Source of the DNA: Methylophilales bacterium 28-44-11
Lineage (GTDB): Bacteria; Pseudomonadota; Gammaproteobacteria; Burkholderiales; Methylophilaceae
Reading direction: 5' to 3'
Length of the DNA: 64,000 nucleotides
NCBI GenBank assembly: GCA_002281475.1
Contig: NCGC01000001.1
Span: 21,264-85,263 of the forward strand
How positions within the stretch are numbered: position 1 is the first letter of the stretch; the number at the start of each line of letters is the position of its first letter. The translations under genes were made by a program, and so were the position numbers. The notes under the pieces were generated by a model. The model saw only the letters and a program-made list of their open reading frames with translations, ran no database searches and was not told the DNA's origin. This document shows, piece by piece, positions 29,455 through 40,984 of this stretch.

Positions 29455-30852
29455 TTATTGTTTATGTACCCATTCAATCAGCATATCTTGCATTAACTTT
29501 GTTTTAAACGCGTTGGGATGGTTGACCATAAAAACCACTATATGACGACGCTGGTGCTGGTCTAATACATAACCCGCCACAGTGCTCACACCATTGATAG
29601 AGCCAGTTTTGAGATGTACCTGTGATTGCGCTTCTGAAGTTTCCATTCTGGTTTTGGTCGTGCCATCCACCCCCAAAATTGGCATTGACGACATCAGTTC
29701 TGGCATCACAGTACGATGATATGCTTTTACCAGCATGCGCCCTATTTGCGCTGCGCTGATGCGCTCAATCCGTGACAAGCCTGATCCGTTGTCAATCACC
29801 ACATCATCGCTAGGCAATTGCAATTGTGAGAACTTACGCTTAATCACCTCAGCCCCATGCGCTTCGGTGGCTGACCACTGATTATCTTCGGCGGCCAACG
29901 TCAACAATAATTGTCGTGCCATCAGATTATTGCTCCATTTGTTGATGTCACGGATAACTTCACTCAGCGGCAACGAAGACTGCTCGCAGATTTTAGATGC
30001 ATTTTCTGGTAATGCCTGTACCAGCAACTTACCTCTAAATTTACCGCCCAATTCGGACCACAATTTTTTGAATGTATAAAAAGCGTACATTTCATCATTG
30101 AGTAAACTGAGTTCCAGATAACGCGTTTCACACTGTGCGGAATACGTGCCTTTGAAAGTGACATCCACGCTGTGCTTATTTGGGGTAACTGCGTAATCCA
30201 TTTCACTTCGCCAATCACCGCACTCCCCTTCACGCAGTGTTAACGATGAGATGATGTTCACTTCTGGTAAAGCGAACTCTTGGCTGATATGCACCTTACC
30301 ATCCACCACTTCAAACTGTAGGCTCGTTTTACGTCCATCCACCAAAAAAGCGCTGGGTTTTGCGTTATAAGCACGCCAAATTTCTTCATCAAATGGGGCC
30401 TCAATCGGTGGTGGTGCAAAATACGTTTTATCAATGATTAAATTACCCTGGATACTCCGAATACCCAACTGCTGCAATCGCTGCAATAGTCGCCAAAAAT
30501 CATGCGCTTGAAAGTGAGGGTCACCGTAGCCTTTGATGATGAGGTTGCCATGTAATACGCCATGGCGCACTTCCCCATCTCGGTACACTTCAGTTTTCCA
30601 TCGGTAAGCAGGTCCAAGGGTTTCTAATGCCGCATATGTGGTGACCAGTTTCATCACACTGGCAGGATGCATTGCCTTGTCAGCATTCAGGCTAATGTTA
30701 GGCGTGTCGGCATCTACCGCTTGCACATATATGGACACACTATCTTGCGGTATGCCTGCGTAGTTGAGTGCTTCCAAGAGCTTGTCAGGCAATACTGCAA
30801 ACGCTGGTGCGTGCAACAAAATCAATAGATAAAAAAGCAAAAAGCGTTTCAT
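29455..30852 (-). CDS. dacB: D-alanyl-D-alanine carboxypeptidase/endopeptidase PBP4
   Basis: PASVMK, SNN, GSGLSR, KTG. Confidence 0.94.
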   Translation of the reverse strand: MKRFLLFYLLILLHAPAFAVLPDKLLEALNYAGIPQDSVSIYVQAVDADTPNISLNADKAMHPASVMKLVTTYAALETLGPAYRWKTEVYRDGEVRHGVLHGNLIIKGYGDPHFQAHDFWRLLQRLQQLGIRSIQGNLIIDKTYFAPPPIEAPFDEEIWRAYNAKPSAFLVDGRKTSLQFEVVDGKVHISQEFALPEVNIISSLTLREGECGDWRSEMDYAVTPNKHSVDVTFKGTYSAQCETRYLELSLLNDEMYAFYTFKKLWSELGGKFRGKLLVQALPENASKICEQSSLPLSEVIRDINKWSNNLMARQLLLTLAAEDNQWSATEAHGAEVIKRKFSQLQLPSDDVVIDNGSGLSRIERISAAQIGRMLVKAYHRTVMPELMSSMPILGVDGTTKTRMETSEAQSQVHLKTGSINGVSTVAGYVLDQHQRRHIVVFMVNHPNAFKTKLMQDMLIEWVHKQ

Positions 30853-32168
30853 AAGGATTGTTGTACCACCAGCGCCGTTTGCTTCACCATCCAATCAATA
30901 TCCTCTTCATTGATCACGTAGGGCGGCATAAAATAAACTGTATTTCCAATGGGTCTGAGTAACAGTCCTTTAGCCAATCCATTTGCATAACAATCACGTG
31001 AGAATTGAGCATTGTTGGTTTGCACATCAAACGCATGAATCATGCCTTGATGACGTAAATGTTGAATCGGAAGGTGTGTAAGTACTTGCATACTTGTTTG
31101 TATGTTCTTTGAAATGTTTTGATTATGATGCAAGACTTGTGCTTGCTCAAATATCGCTAAAGTGGCCAGTGCTGCACTGCAGGCCAAAGGGTTGCCCGTG
31201 TAACTATGGCTGTGCAAAAAGCCCCTAACGGTACGGTCATCGTAGAACGCTTGGTAAATTTCATCTTTTGTTAGCACCACCGATAGTGGTAAATACCCCC
31301 CCGTAATGCCTTTGGATAAACAGACAAAATCTGCGATATCACTCACGTGAGGTGCTGCATGCTCGCAAGCGAACATTTTGCCTGTACGGCCAAAACCCAC
31401 GGCAATTTCATCAGCAATTAAATGTACTTGATACTGCGTACAAATTTCTCTGGCACGTTTTAAATAGACAGGATGATAGAACCCCATGCCTCCTGCACAT
31501 TGGACTAGGGGTTCGATAATGAAGGCTGCTAATTCATCATGATGCGCTGCAATATATGTTTCAAGGGCACATGCACAACGCAACGCAAATTGTTCTGCAT
31601 TCTCGCCTTGCTCTGCTAACCTAAAATCTGGGCTGGGCATTTGTGCAGACTGCAACAGCAACGGCGCATAAGTGTCTTTAAAAATGGCGACGTCGGTCAC
31701 ACCCAGTGCACCTAACGTTTCACCATGATAGCTATGTTGCAAACTAATGAATTTTGTTTTTTTTGCATGGCCGGTATTACGCCAATAATGAAAACTCATT
31801 TTCAGTGCAATCTCGGTGGCGCTGGCACCATCGCTGGCATAAAACGCATGACCCAACCCAGTGAGTTTGGCTAATTGTTCAGACAGTGCGACAACTGGTT
31901 CATGCGTAAAACCAGCTAACATCACATGCTCTAATGTATCTAGTTGTTGCTTAATGGCCTCTTTAATGCCGGGATGATTGTGGCCAAACAAATTGACCCA
32001 CCAAGAGCTCACCGTATCAAGATAACGCTTACCATCGGCATCGTATAACCAAACGCCTTCGCCACGTACAATGGGGATAAGCGGAAAGTGTTCATGATGT
32101 TTCATTTGCGTGCATGGGTGCCAAACCGCATGCAGGCTACGCGCAATTAAAGTTTGATTTTTACTCAT
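30849..32168 (-). CDS. bioA: adenosylmethionine-8-amino-7-oxononanoate aminotransferase
   Basis: VWHPCTQM, SSWWVN, DEIAVGFGRTG, SKGITGG. Confidence 0.96.
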   Translation of the reverse strand: MSKNQTLIARSLHAVWHPCTQMKHHEHFPLIPIVRGEGVWLYDADGKRYLDTVSSWWVNLFGHNHPGIKEAIKQQLDTLEHVMLAGFTHEPVVALSEQLAKLTGLGHAFYASDGASATEIALKMSFHYWRNTGHAKKTKFISLQHSYHGETLGALGVTDVAIFKDTYAPLLLQSAQMPSPDFRLAEQGENAEQFALRCACALETYIAAHHDELAAFIIEPLVQCAGGMGFYHPVYLKRAREICTQYQVHLIADEIAVGFGRTGKMFACEHAAPHVSDIADFVCLSKGITGGYLPLSVVLTKDEIYQAFYDDRTVRGFLHSHSYTGNPLACSAALATLAIFEQAQVLHHNQNISKNIQTSMQVLTHLPIQHLRHQGMIHAFDVQTNNAQFSRDCYANGLAKGLLLRPIGNTVYFMPPYVINEEDIDWMVKQTALVVQQSL

Positions 32169-32269
32169 GAGCAAATTGTACGATGTTTTGTGCTGGGCTT
32201 TCATGCAAAATCTCGTCTATTCAAGCACTTTGGTCTAAAATACTGTTTTTAAATATTATTTTATTGCAC

Positions 32270-34213
32270 ATGCTTAAAACACGTCGCCACCTAGAACTGC
32301 TTGCCCCTGCCAAAAATGCAGAATTTGGTATGGAAGCCATTAATCATGGTGCTGATGCGGTATATATTGGTGGCCCAGCGTTTGGTGCACGCGCAAAAGC
32401 GCCCAACACAGTGGCAGACATTGCCAGATTAGTGAGGCACGCTCACAAGTATCATGCCGAAGTATTTGTTGCGCTGAATACCATTTTTCACGACAACGAA
32501 CTTGAGGGTGTGCGTCAGTTAGTGCATCAACTCTATGAGGCAGAAGTGGATGCGCTCATTGTGCAAGACATGGGCCTACTGGAAATGGATTTGCCACCGA
32601 TTCAGTTACACGCCAGTACGCAAACGGATATTCGCACCGTGGAAAAAGCCCAATTTTTAGACCAAGTGGGCTTTAGCCAAATCGTGTTGGCGCGCGAGCT
32701 GGATATTCCTACCATCCAAAAAATTGCCGAGGCCACTACTTGCAACTTGGAATATTTTATTCATGGCGCTTTGTGTGTGGCGTTTAGTGGTCAATGTTTT
32801 ATCAGCCACGCCCATACCGGTCGTAGCGCCAATCGTGGAGAATGCTCGCAAGAGTGCCGTTTACCTTACACCTTAGAAGACCAAAAGGGCCGCATCATTG
32901 GCAAGGACAAACATTTTCTATCCATGAAAGACAACGACCAAAGCGCTAACTTACGCGCCTTGATTGATGCGGGTGTGAGTTCTTTTAAAATTGAAGGACG
33001 CTACAAAGATTTACCGTACGTAAAAAATGCCACTGCGCATTACCGTCAATTATTGGATGAAATTCTGGAACATTATCCAGAGTATGCAACGTCGTCTGAC
33101 GGACGCACCGCTTACACCTTTACTCCACAGCCAGAAAAAACTTTTAACCGCAGTGCGACTGACTATTTTGCCAATGGCCGCCAAGCAGACATTGGTGCGT
33201 TTGATACCCCTAAATTTTCTGGTGAGGCATTGGGCAAAGTCACCAAGGTTGGAAAAGACTTTATTGAGATTGCCACGGATGTGCAATTGCACAACGGTGA
33301 CGGCGTGTGTTTTTTTGATGTTCACAAAGAACTGGTAGGCTTGCGCGTGAATACTGCTCAAGCACTTAACACCACAGTACAGCGCATTTTTCCAAACGAA
33401 ATGCCAGCCGATATTCGTAACAACACCTTAATGTATAGAAACCGTGACCATGCCTTTATGCGATTGCTAGAAAAAGACTCTGCTATCCGCAAAATTGATA
33501 TCAGCATGACGTTTTGTGACACTCTCGATGGTTTTGCGCTGACTGCTGTTGACCCACGAGGATTGACTGCCAGCACACAAATTGTGGCAGAAAAACAAGC
33601 AGCAAACGACCCCGAAAAAGCAGAGGCGAGCTTGCGTGAGAATTTAGGCAAGCTAGGCAGTACTGATTTTAAAGCGCGTGAGATTCAGTTAGAAATTAGT
33701 CAAATGTGGTTTGTACCCGCCTCGGTGGTCAATCAACTTCGACGTGATGTGATTGATCAACTGATAAACACCCGAACACTTGCCTATGCCCGTCCTGCGC
33801 GGCGCCTTGCGATTGAACCGCCCGCAGTTTACCCAGAAGACTCACTCAGCTATCTTGCCAATGTATACAACCAACAAGCGCGTCATTTTTACCAGAAACA
33901 TGGGGTCAAAATCATTGCAAAAGCTTACGAAGCAAATGAGGAATTAGGCGAAGTGCCGGTGATGATCACCAAACACTGTTTGCGTTTTAGTCATGGCCTA
34001 TGCCCTAAAGAAGCCAAAGGCGTGATCGGCGTGCAAGGTACCGTCACGGCAGAGCCGATGACTTTAATTAGTGGCAATGATCGCTATACCCTTAAGTTTG
34101 ACTGTAAACCCTGCGAAATGCATGTGATGGGGCAAATCCGAAAACCTATTTTAAAATTAGGCCCACCACAAGCCATTAGTTTCTTTCCAAAAGGTACATA
34201 TAACCCAAACTAA
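32270..34213 (+). CDS. rlhA: U32 family 23S rRNA 5-hydroxycytidine synthase-like protein
   Basis: LELLAPA, HASTQ, CVAFSGQC..NRGECSQECR, KIEGR; long C-terminal extension. Confidence 0.85.
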   Translation: MLKTRRHLELLAPAKNAEFGMEAINHGADAVYIGGPAFGARAKAPNTVADIARLVRHAHKYHAEVFVALNTIFHDNELEGVRQLVHQLYEAEVDALIVQDMGLLEMDLPPIQLHASTQTDIRTVEKAQFLDQVGFSQIVLARELDIPTIQKIAEATTCNLEYFIHGALCVAFSGQCFISHAHTGRSANRGECSQECRLPYTLEDQKGRIIGKDKHFLSMKDNDQSANLRALIDAGVSSFKIEGRYKDLPYVKNATAHYRQLLDEILEHYPEYATSSDGRTAYTFTPQPEKTFNRSATDYFANGRQADIGAFDTPKFSGEALGKVTKVGKDFIEIATDVQLHNGDGVCFFDVHKELVGLRVNTAQALNTTVQRIFPNEMPADIRNNTLMYRNRDHAFMRLLEKDSAIRKIDISMTFCDTLDGFALTAVDPRGLTASTQIVAEKQAANDPEKAEASLRENLGKLGSTDFKAREIQLEISQMWFVPASVVNQLRRDVIDQLINTRTLAYARPARRLAIEPPAVYPEDSLSYLANVYNQQARHFYQKHGVKIIAKAYEANEELGEVPVMITKHCLRFSHGLCPKEAKGVIGVQGTVTAEPMTLISGNDRYTLKFDCKPCEMHVMGQIRKPILKLGPPQAISFFPKGTYNPN

Positions 34214-34235
34214 ACTCTTGCTGGGGCAACCCCGC

Positions 34236-35372
34236 CTATTCCCCTAAGGATATGCCCATACCAAAGATGGTTTGACTGTGGTTGTAATCTAATAAGGTGG
34301 CGCCATAGCCAGTAGATGCCATGAGATGCAACTTGAGGTATGGGTTGTTCATGACCTGACGTTGTAAATCTAGCTGCGCAAACCCTTTATTATCCCCACG
34401 TAAATTGTTTCTGAGTAGTAATGTCGCAGCATTTTTACGTTTGCGGTCTTCCCATCGCACAGTCATATCGCCATAACCCATAAATTTTTCTATATCTGGA
34501 TTGTCGTCCTCTTCGCTTTCGGGGATGCGCCACCACGGACGAACCATCAGCGACAATGTATCGCTTAATTCCCAACCACTCTCTAGGTACAACCGGTTCC
34601 AACTTCTGGAAGTAGGGATTGATCGCCCATTGGATTGGTGGACCAACCCGACATTCATCATTCTTGGAATATAGCGTTTTTTCTCACCGTCTACTTCATT
34701 GTCTATTCCTAATGACAACACCAGCTCTGGTTCATATACATTTTCACGTAGCGGCCGGGAGGCTTCTGCATCAAACACCTGCCAGTTAGATTGTTGCGTA
34801 TACGCGGCCCAAATACGCGAGCTTGTGACAAACGGCAACTCGCGTATTAGAGGAATATTGTTCATCATCTCTGTCTTAAGACTGAGTTGAAATCTTAAAT
34901 CTTGATCATCTAAATTCCTGTTTTCATTATTGATGTAACTTGGCGTTTGCGGAATGTCATTGGTATTGTTGGTATTGGTGACAAGCAAGTAATTGGATTT
35001 ATACGTTTCAAAATCACTGATGCTCCAATCCCCTTGGGAAGTGAGCCGCCATTTTCTTTCCAAATAAGTTAATTTTGGCCTTACTTTTTCAAGCGCAATG
35101 GGCGGTGCCGCTTTGGCGTTCGCTAAATCAATATTGGCCTCTTCTACCGTCGCATTTTCAATAAGGCTCGTCTCTTTCGCAACTTCGACAGCCGTATTAA
35201 TACTATCGAAGCAAGCGAGACGTTTTTTGGATTCAAACTCTGAGGGATATAGTTTTTTACAGTTAGTTAAAGCCTGCTCCACTGTGATGGGAGACTGTGC
35301 AAACACTAATGCAGGCCAACAGACAATGCCCAACAATAGTGGTTGGGACATCAATTTTGCAGTCAAACGCAT
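34236..35372 (-). CDS. pldA: outer membrane phospholipase A
   Basis: YTQQSNWQ, RENVYEPE, HQSNG..SRSWNR. Confidence 0.92.
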   Translation of the reverse strand: MRLTAKLMSQPLLLGIVCWPALVFAQSPITVEQALTNCKKLYPSEFESKKRLACFDSINTAVEVAKETSLIENATVEEANIDLANAKAAPPIALEKVRPKLTYLERKWRLTSQGDWSISDFETYKSNYLLVTNTNNTNDIPQTPSYINNENRNLDDQDLRFQLSLKTEMMNNIPLIRELPFVTSSRIWAAYTQQSNWQVFDAEASRPLRENVYEPELVLSLGIDNEVDGEKKRYIPRMMNVGLVHQSNGRSIPTSRSWNRLYLESGWELSDTLSLMVRPWWRIPESEEDDNPDIEKFMGYGDMTVRWEDRKRKNAATLLLRNNLRGDNKGFAQLDLQRQVMNNPYLKLHLMASTGYGATLLDYNHSQTIFGMGISLGE

Positions 35373-35491
35373 GGTATTTTCCTTAGTGACACTATATAGC
35401 CACTTCAACGCTATACAGTTAGATATAAGGACAATGTAGCATTAAGGTTATTAGCGCACTATCAGTGCATATCCTACAAATGCATTAAAAC

Positions 35492-35833
35492 TTACGCTTT
35501 TTTTACAAACTCGGATTTCAACTTCATCGCACCAAAGCCCTCAATTTTACAATCAATGTCATGGTCGCCATCGACTAGGCGTATATTTTTCACCTTGGTA
35601 CCCACTTTTAACATAGAAGAAGCACCTTTCACTTTGAGGTCTTTAATCACGGTGACGCTATCCCCATCCTGCAACACATTTCCGTTGGCATCACGCACTA
35701 CTTTTTCAGATACAGCAGAATCAGGCTGAGATTCTTGGCTCCACTCATGAGCGCACTCTGGGCAAATAAATAGGCCACCATCTTCATAAGTCAATGTAGA
35801 TTGGCATTGCGGACAATTAGGGAGTTGAGACAT
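35492..35833 (-). CDS. yjdM: zinc ribbon protein YjdM/PhnA
   Basis: [31 protein letters not shown]. Confidence 0.93.
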   Translation of the reverse strand: MSQLPNCPQCQSTLTYEDGGLFICPECAHEWSQESQPDSAVSEKVVRDANGNVLQDGDSVTVIKDLKVKGASSMLKVGTKVKNIRLVDGDHDIDCKIEGFGAMKLKSEFVKKA

Positions 35834-35932
35834 GTAGGCTTTCTTGGTGATGGTTCACCGTAAAAACCCTACATTTTACATGGTTAATTGAACTGCGTCA
35901 TCCGTACTGGATGTAATGGATGCATGCATCAC

Positions 35933-36991
35933 TTAAGGTGCCGGATTCATCATCGTCAAATGAATCTGCTCAATCTCACTCAATACTGTATCGCTTAGTT
36001 TGGTTTGGTAGGCGGCAATATTGTGTTCCAATTGCTGCATATTGGTTGCACCAATGATCGTACTCGCCACAAACCAACGATGCATGACAAAACTTAACGC
36101 CAATTGCGTGGCCGTGAGATTATGCGCCCGCGCCAATTCGGCATAACGACGACTTGCTTCAGGCACCCCTGGCTTTTTATAACGTTGTGCATAGCCCAAA
36201 AACTGTGTCACACGTCCAACCGCAAGTGGGTCATCTACATATTTCCCAGTGAGGTGACCAAAAGCTAATGGTGAGTAAGCCATCAAACTCACTCCTTCTC
36301 GGTACAGCACCTCTGTCATACCAAATTCCATGCCGCGGTTCATTAAGTTGTAGCAATTTTGGAGGGCAGCTACCCTTGGCAGGTTGCGTTCTTTAGCAAT
36401 ACGTAAAAACTCCATCAGTCCCCAAGGTTGTTCGTTACTTAAGCCAATGGCACGAATCTTACCTTCTTGTATCAACTCATCAAGCGCCTCTAGCTGCGTT
36501 TGAATACTAACCCATGCGATAGGGTTACCGTCTTTATCCAACTCCGCTTTTGGATCAAACTGATATTGCCCAAACATAGGCACATTACGTTCTGGCCAAT
36601 GCAAATAATAGAGATCTAAATAATCGGTTTGCAGTCGAGCCAGGCTATCGTGTACGGCAGCGCGTATATTGTCTCTATCCAGCCCACTAGGGCCGCCGCG
36701 AATCCAATGCATACCTCGGCGTGGTCCTGCAATTTTACTGGCTAAAATAAATTGATCGCGTGTTTGAGTTTTAATCCAATTGCCCAATATCGTTTCTGTA
36801 CGCGTAACCGTCTCTGCTTTGGGTGGGACAGGATACATCTCTGCGGTATCGATAAAATTAATGCCTTGGCTTAAGGCAAAGTCTAATTGTTGATTGGCCT
36901 CTTGCTGTGTATTCTGGTCACCATAAGTCATGGTGCCCAAGCATACTTTTGAGACTTGGAGTGAGGTGTTGCCGAGTGTGACGTAATCCAT
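35933..36991 (-). CDS. aldo/keto reductase (Tas-like)
   Basis: LGTMTYG, DTAEMY, LHWPER, YSPLAFG. Confidence 0.92.
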   Translation of the reverse strand: MDYVTLGNTSLQVSKVCLGTMTYGDQNTQQEANQQLDFALSQGINFIDTAEMYPVPPKAETVTRTETILGNWIKTQTRDQFILASKIAGPRRGMHWIRGGPSGLDRDNIRAAVHDSLARLQTDYLDLYYLHWPERNVPMFGQYQFDPKAELDKDGNPIAWVSIQTQLEALDELIQEGKIRAIGLSNEQPWGLMEFLRIAKERNLPRVAALQNCYNLMNRGMEFGMTEVLYREGVSLMAYSPLAFGHLTGKYVDDPLAVGRVTQFLGYAQRYKKPGVPEASRRYAELARAHNLTATQLALSFVMHRWFVASTIIGATNMQQLEHNIAAYQTKLSDTVLSEIEQIHLTMMNPAP

Positions 36992-37584
36992 CAATGTAAT
37001 ACCTGTTTTTTATCGGTTGGCACTAGGGCAATAGAGGCGGGCACTGCGGAAGCTGCAACCAATGTCCATGTTGCTTCTTTCGCACTCAACTGCAACATAT
37101 TGCAAATCGCCACGATGGTTTCTTGATTTAAATTTAAACGTACTTGAAAGCCATCCATACTTTGCATATCCAATACCTTGGTTTTAATCGTAGACAATGC
37201 ATCAGGTTGTAATAACTGTACCTCTTTGATCAGCATACCCCCAGACTGCAACGCCTCTTTTCTTGGTTGATAAGCCGTTTCAAAATCTAACTTTTGCAAG
37301 GTTTCGACTGCTTTAACCTCTTGTGTAAATTGTTGTACCGCACGTTGTGGTGGCAAATTGGCTTGCGGGCCTTGATTCACAAGGGTCGCTGGCAAATTTG
37401 ATTCCGCACTCAGTAGTTGCCAAATGACGCGCGCAACTCTTTGCGTGAGCCACAATAAAATTTCAGTTTGGTCACTTAACCCCACTTTTAACAGCAAACG
37501 GTCTTGCTCGTGTGAGTAACTTAGATTTAATTGTTGTACCCCGATTTCTGTGATGGGCAATTGTTCGCTTGGTTCTATCGACAA
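36991..37584 (-). CDS. conserved hypothetical protein
   Basis: YSHEQDRLLL..LWLTQR; overlaps start of AKR gene. Confidence 0.72.
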   Translation of the reverse strand: MSIEPSEQLPITEIGVQQLNLSYSHEQDRLLLKVGLSDQTEILLWLTQRVARVIWQLLSAESNLPATLVNQGPQANLPPQRAVQQFTQEVKAVETLQKLDFETAYQPRKEALQSGGMLIKEVQLLQPDALSTIKTKVLDMQSMDGFQVRLNLNQETIVAICNMLQLSAKEATWTLVAASAVPASIALVPTDKKQVLH

Positions 37585-37632
37585 AATAATTTTCCTGCCA
37601 TAAAAAGTGGAATAATTTTTTTCATCATGACA

Positions 37633-37660
37633 CTTGAATTCATAAAAATCATCCCAAAAT
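37633..37660 (+). promoter_or_regulatory. sigma32-like heat-shock promoter
   Basis: CTTGAA-N14-CCCAAAAT upstream of groES. Confidence 0.7.
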
Positions 37661-37686
37661 TAGCAATCAAGGTGTGAGAGTGCTAA
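37660..37686 (+). promoter_or_regulatory. CIRCE element (HrcA operator)
   Basis: TTAGCAATC-N9-GAGTGCTAA, one mismatch to consensus. Confidence 0.9.
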
Positions 37687-37760
37687 AATCACACACCGCA
37701 ATTTTACTCACTCATTTTTTAAACTATTGATAGTTTAAGCATACACCAAGGAGAAAACTA

Positions 37761-38048
37761 ATGAAAATTCGTCCACTACATGATCGTGTGATTGTTAAAC
37801 GTTCTGAAGAAGTTCGTACAACAGCATCTGGCATTGTGATTCCAGACAGCGCCACAGAAAAACCAGATCAAGGCATCGTACAGGCAGTTGGCAATGGTAA
37901 ACGTGACGACAGCGGCAAGTTAAATGCCCTAGACGTTAAAGTAGGTGACAAAGTGTTATTCGGTAAATACGCAGGCCAAACCGTCAAAGTTGATGGTGAA
38001 GAGTTATTGGTGATGCGCGAAGAAGACATCATGGCAATTGTTGAATAA
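37761..38048 (+). CDS. groES: co-chaperonin GroES
   Basis: [22 protein letters not shown]. Confidence 0.99.
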   Translation: MKIRPLHDRVIVKRSEEVRTTASGIVIPDSATEKPDQGIVQAVGNGKRDDSGKLNALDVKVGDKVLFGKYAGQTVKVDGEELLVMREEDIMAIVE

Positions 38049-38083
38049 TCAAATTTAGAACATCTATCGATTCAATATAGTAA

Positions 38084-39739
<1,656 letters not shown>

Positions 39740-39785
39740 TTTAGCATTTGCACCATTTGCTGAACTGCCTAACTAGCGTTCAAAC

Positions 39786-39812
39786 AAAAACCTCGCTTCG
39801 GCGAGGTTTTTT
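39786..39812. terminator. intrinsic terminator after groEL
   Basis: AAAAACCTCGC-TTCG-GCGAGGTTTTTT. Confidence 0.92.
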
Positions 39813-39837
39813 ATTTGGGTAAACTAATGCGCAACTA

Positions 39838-40703
39838 TTACTTTTTTAACTTTTTATTCTTACGAACACTTTTTGGCGGAGGCGCCTCATCTTGCTCACC
39901 ATCGTCCTCCTCACCTTGCACCGCTAAATTGCCACCTGCGCCAAGGCCACCTTTCACCGTTTGTGTTTTGTTGTCTTTGACTGCGCGCACAATATTATTG
40001 TATGTATCAGTAAATGCCGCCACAATCACTTTACCTCTTGGGGTTTTAGAATATCCGCCAGCCGTAACGCCTAAAGAGCTCCTAAATGCACCGCCAAATA
40101 TACTGTAATCTGTATTTTGGCGCTACCTTCTGCCGATGCCAATTGCACACTTGAACGGTTATCCGATAAGGTTAGCATGGTGCTGGCTTCTACAAACTTA
40201 AGACCACCAGCTAACAAGCCTAGCCAGCCAGCGCCATCACTTGATAGGGCAAATAGGGCTGCACCAACACCACCCGTATCGCTGTTGCTAAAAATGATGG
40301 AAGGATTTATCGCATAATCCGCCGCTACAATTTGACCTTTGTGCAATTTACTAGTATTACGCATCTCGCAAGTGTCATTTAATGCGCGTTCGGTCATGCC
40401 CATTTGCAAGACTGCACCACGGTCCACCAACACGAAGCTGTTGGATTGCTGTACCAGCCACTTCATCACAGGGTCGGTTGAACCCAATATTTAAGTATGT
40501 GTTAATAGGCTGCAACAATCAGAATTTTGATCTTCAATCACCGCTAACGTAGCAATGGGACGATCACAATGTTCTAATTTTGCATTGGCATTCTGTACGT
40601 TGCTACCACCTGCTGAAACAGTTGCTACGGTTTTAGCCCCTGCATCGCCCCATGCTCATCTGCCCAGCACAACTGGCTAGATATGCGTTGTTTATTTAAT
40701 CAT
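39838..40703 (-). pseudogene. fragmented CsgG/HfaB-family lipoprotein gene
   Basis: consecutive fragments in different frames: LASCAGQMSMGDAGAKT..LEHCDRPIATLAVIED / QQSNSFVLVDRG..KGQIVAADY..AEGSAK / GGYSKTP..AAFTDTYNN. Confidence 0.75.
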
Positions 40704-40984
40704 TTAGGAATACAGTTACTGAATGCGTGGCTAGTCATTTACGATGATGTTCCATTTAGCACCATCGTTTAAAGTTTAAATTCTCAGATGTACTTTGATA
40801 TCCAATTCATTGGTATTTAAATTTACATACAAGTGATTACCTTGATAAATTTATATTGCATCTAAGTTAAAATAAGTAATAGATATGATCATTCCATATT
40901 AATATTTGGTTTTAATAATTAAACATCACCATATGATCACTTCCCCACTCTTTTCAACTTATAACCACCTCTTTTGGCATTAAT

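Noticed and set aside
35845-35872. GGTGATGGTTCACC resembling the 5' part of a fluoride riboswitch
   Set aside because: It is on the wrong strand relative to adjacent genes and lacks the 3' pseudoknot segment.
39815-40317. Plus-strand ORFs 39815-40108 and 40117-40317
   Set aside because: They are antisense to the CsgG-like pseudogene fragments, which explain the region better.
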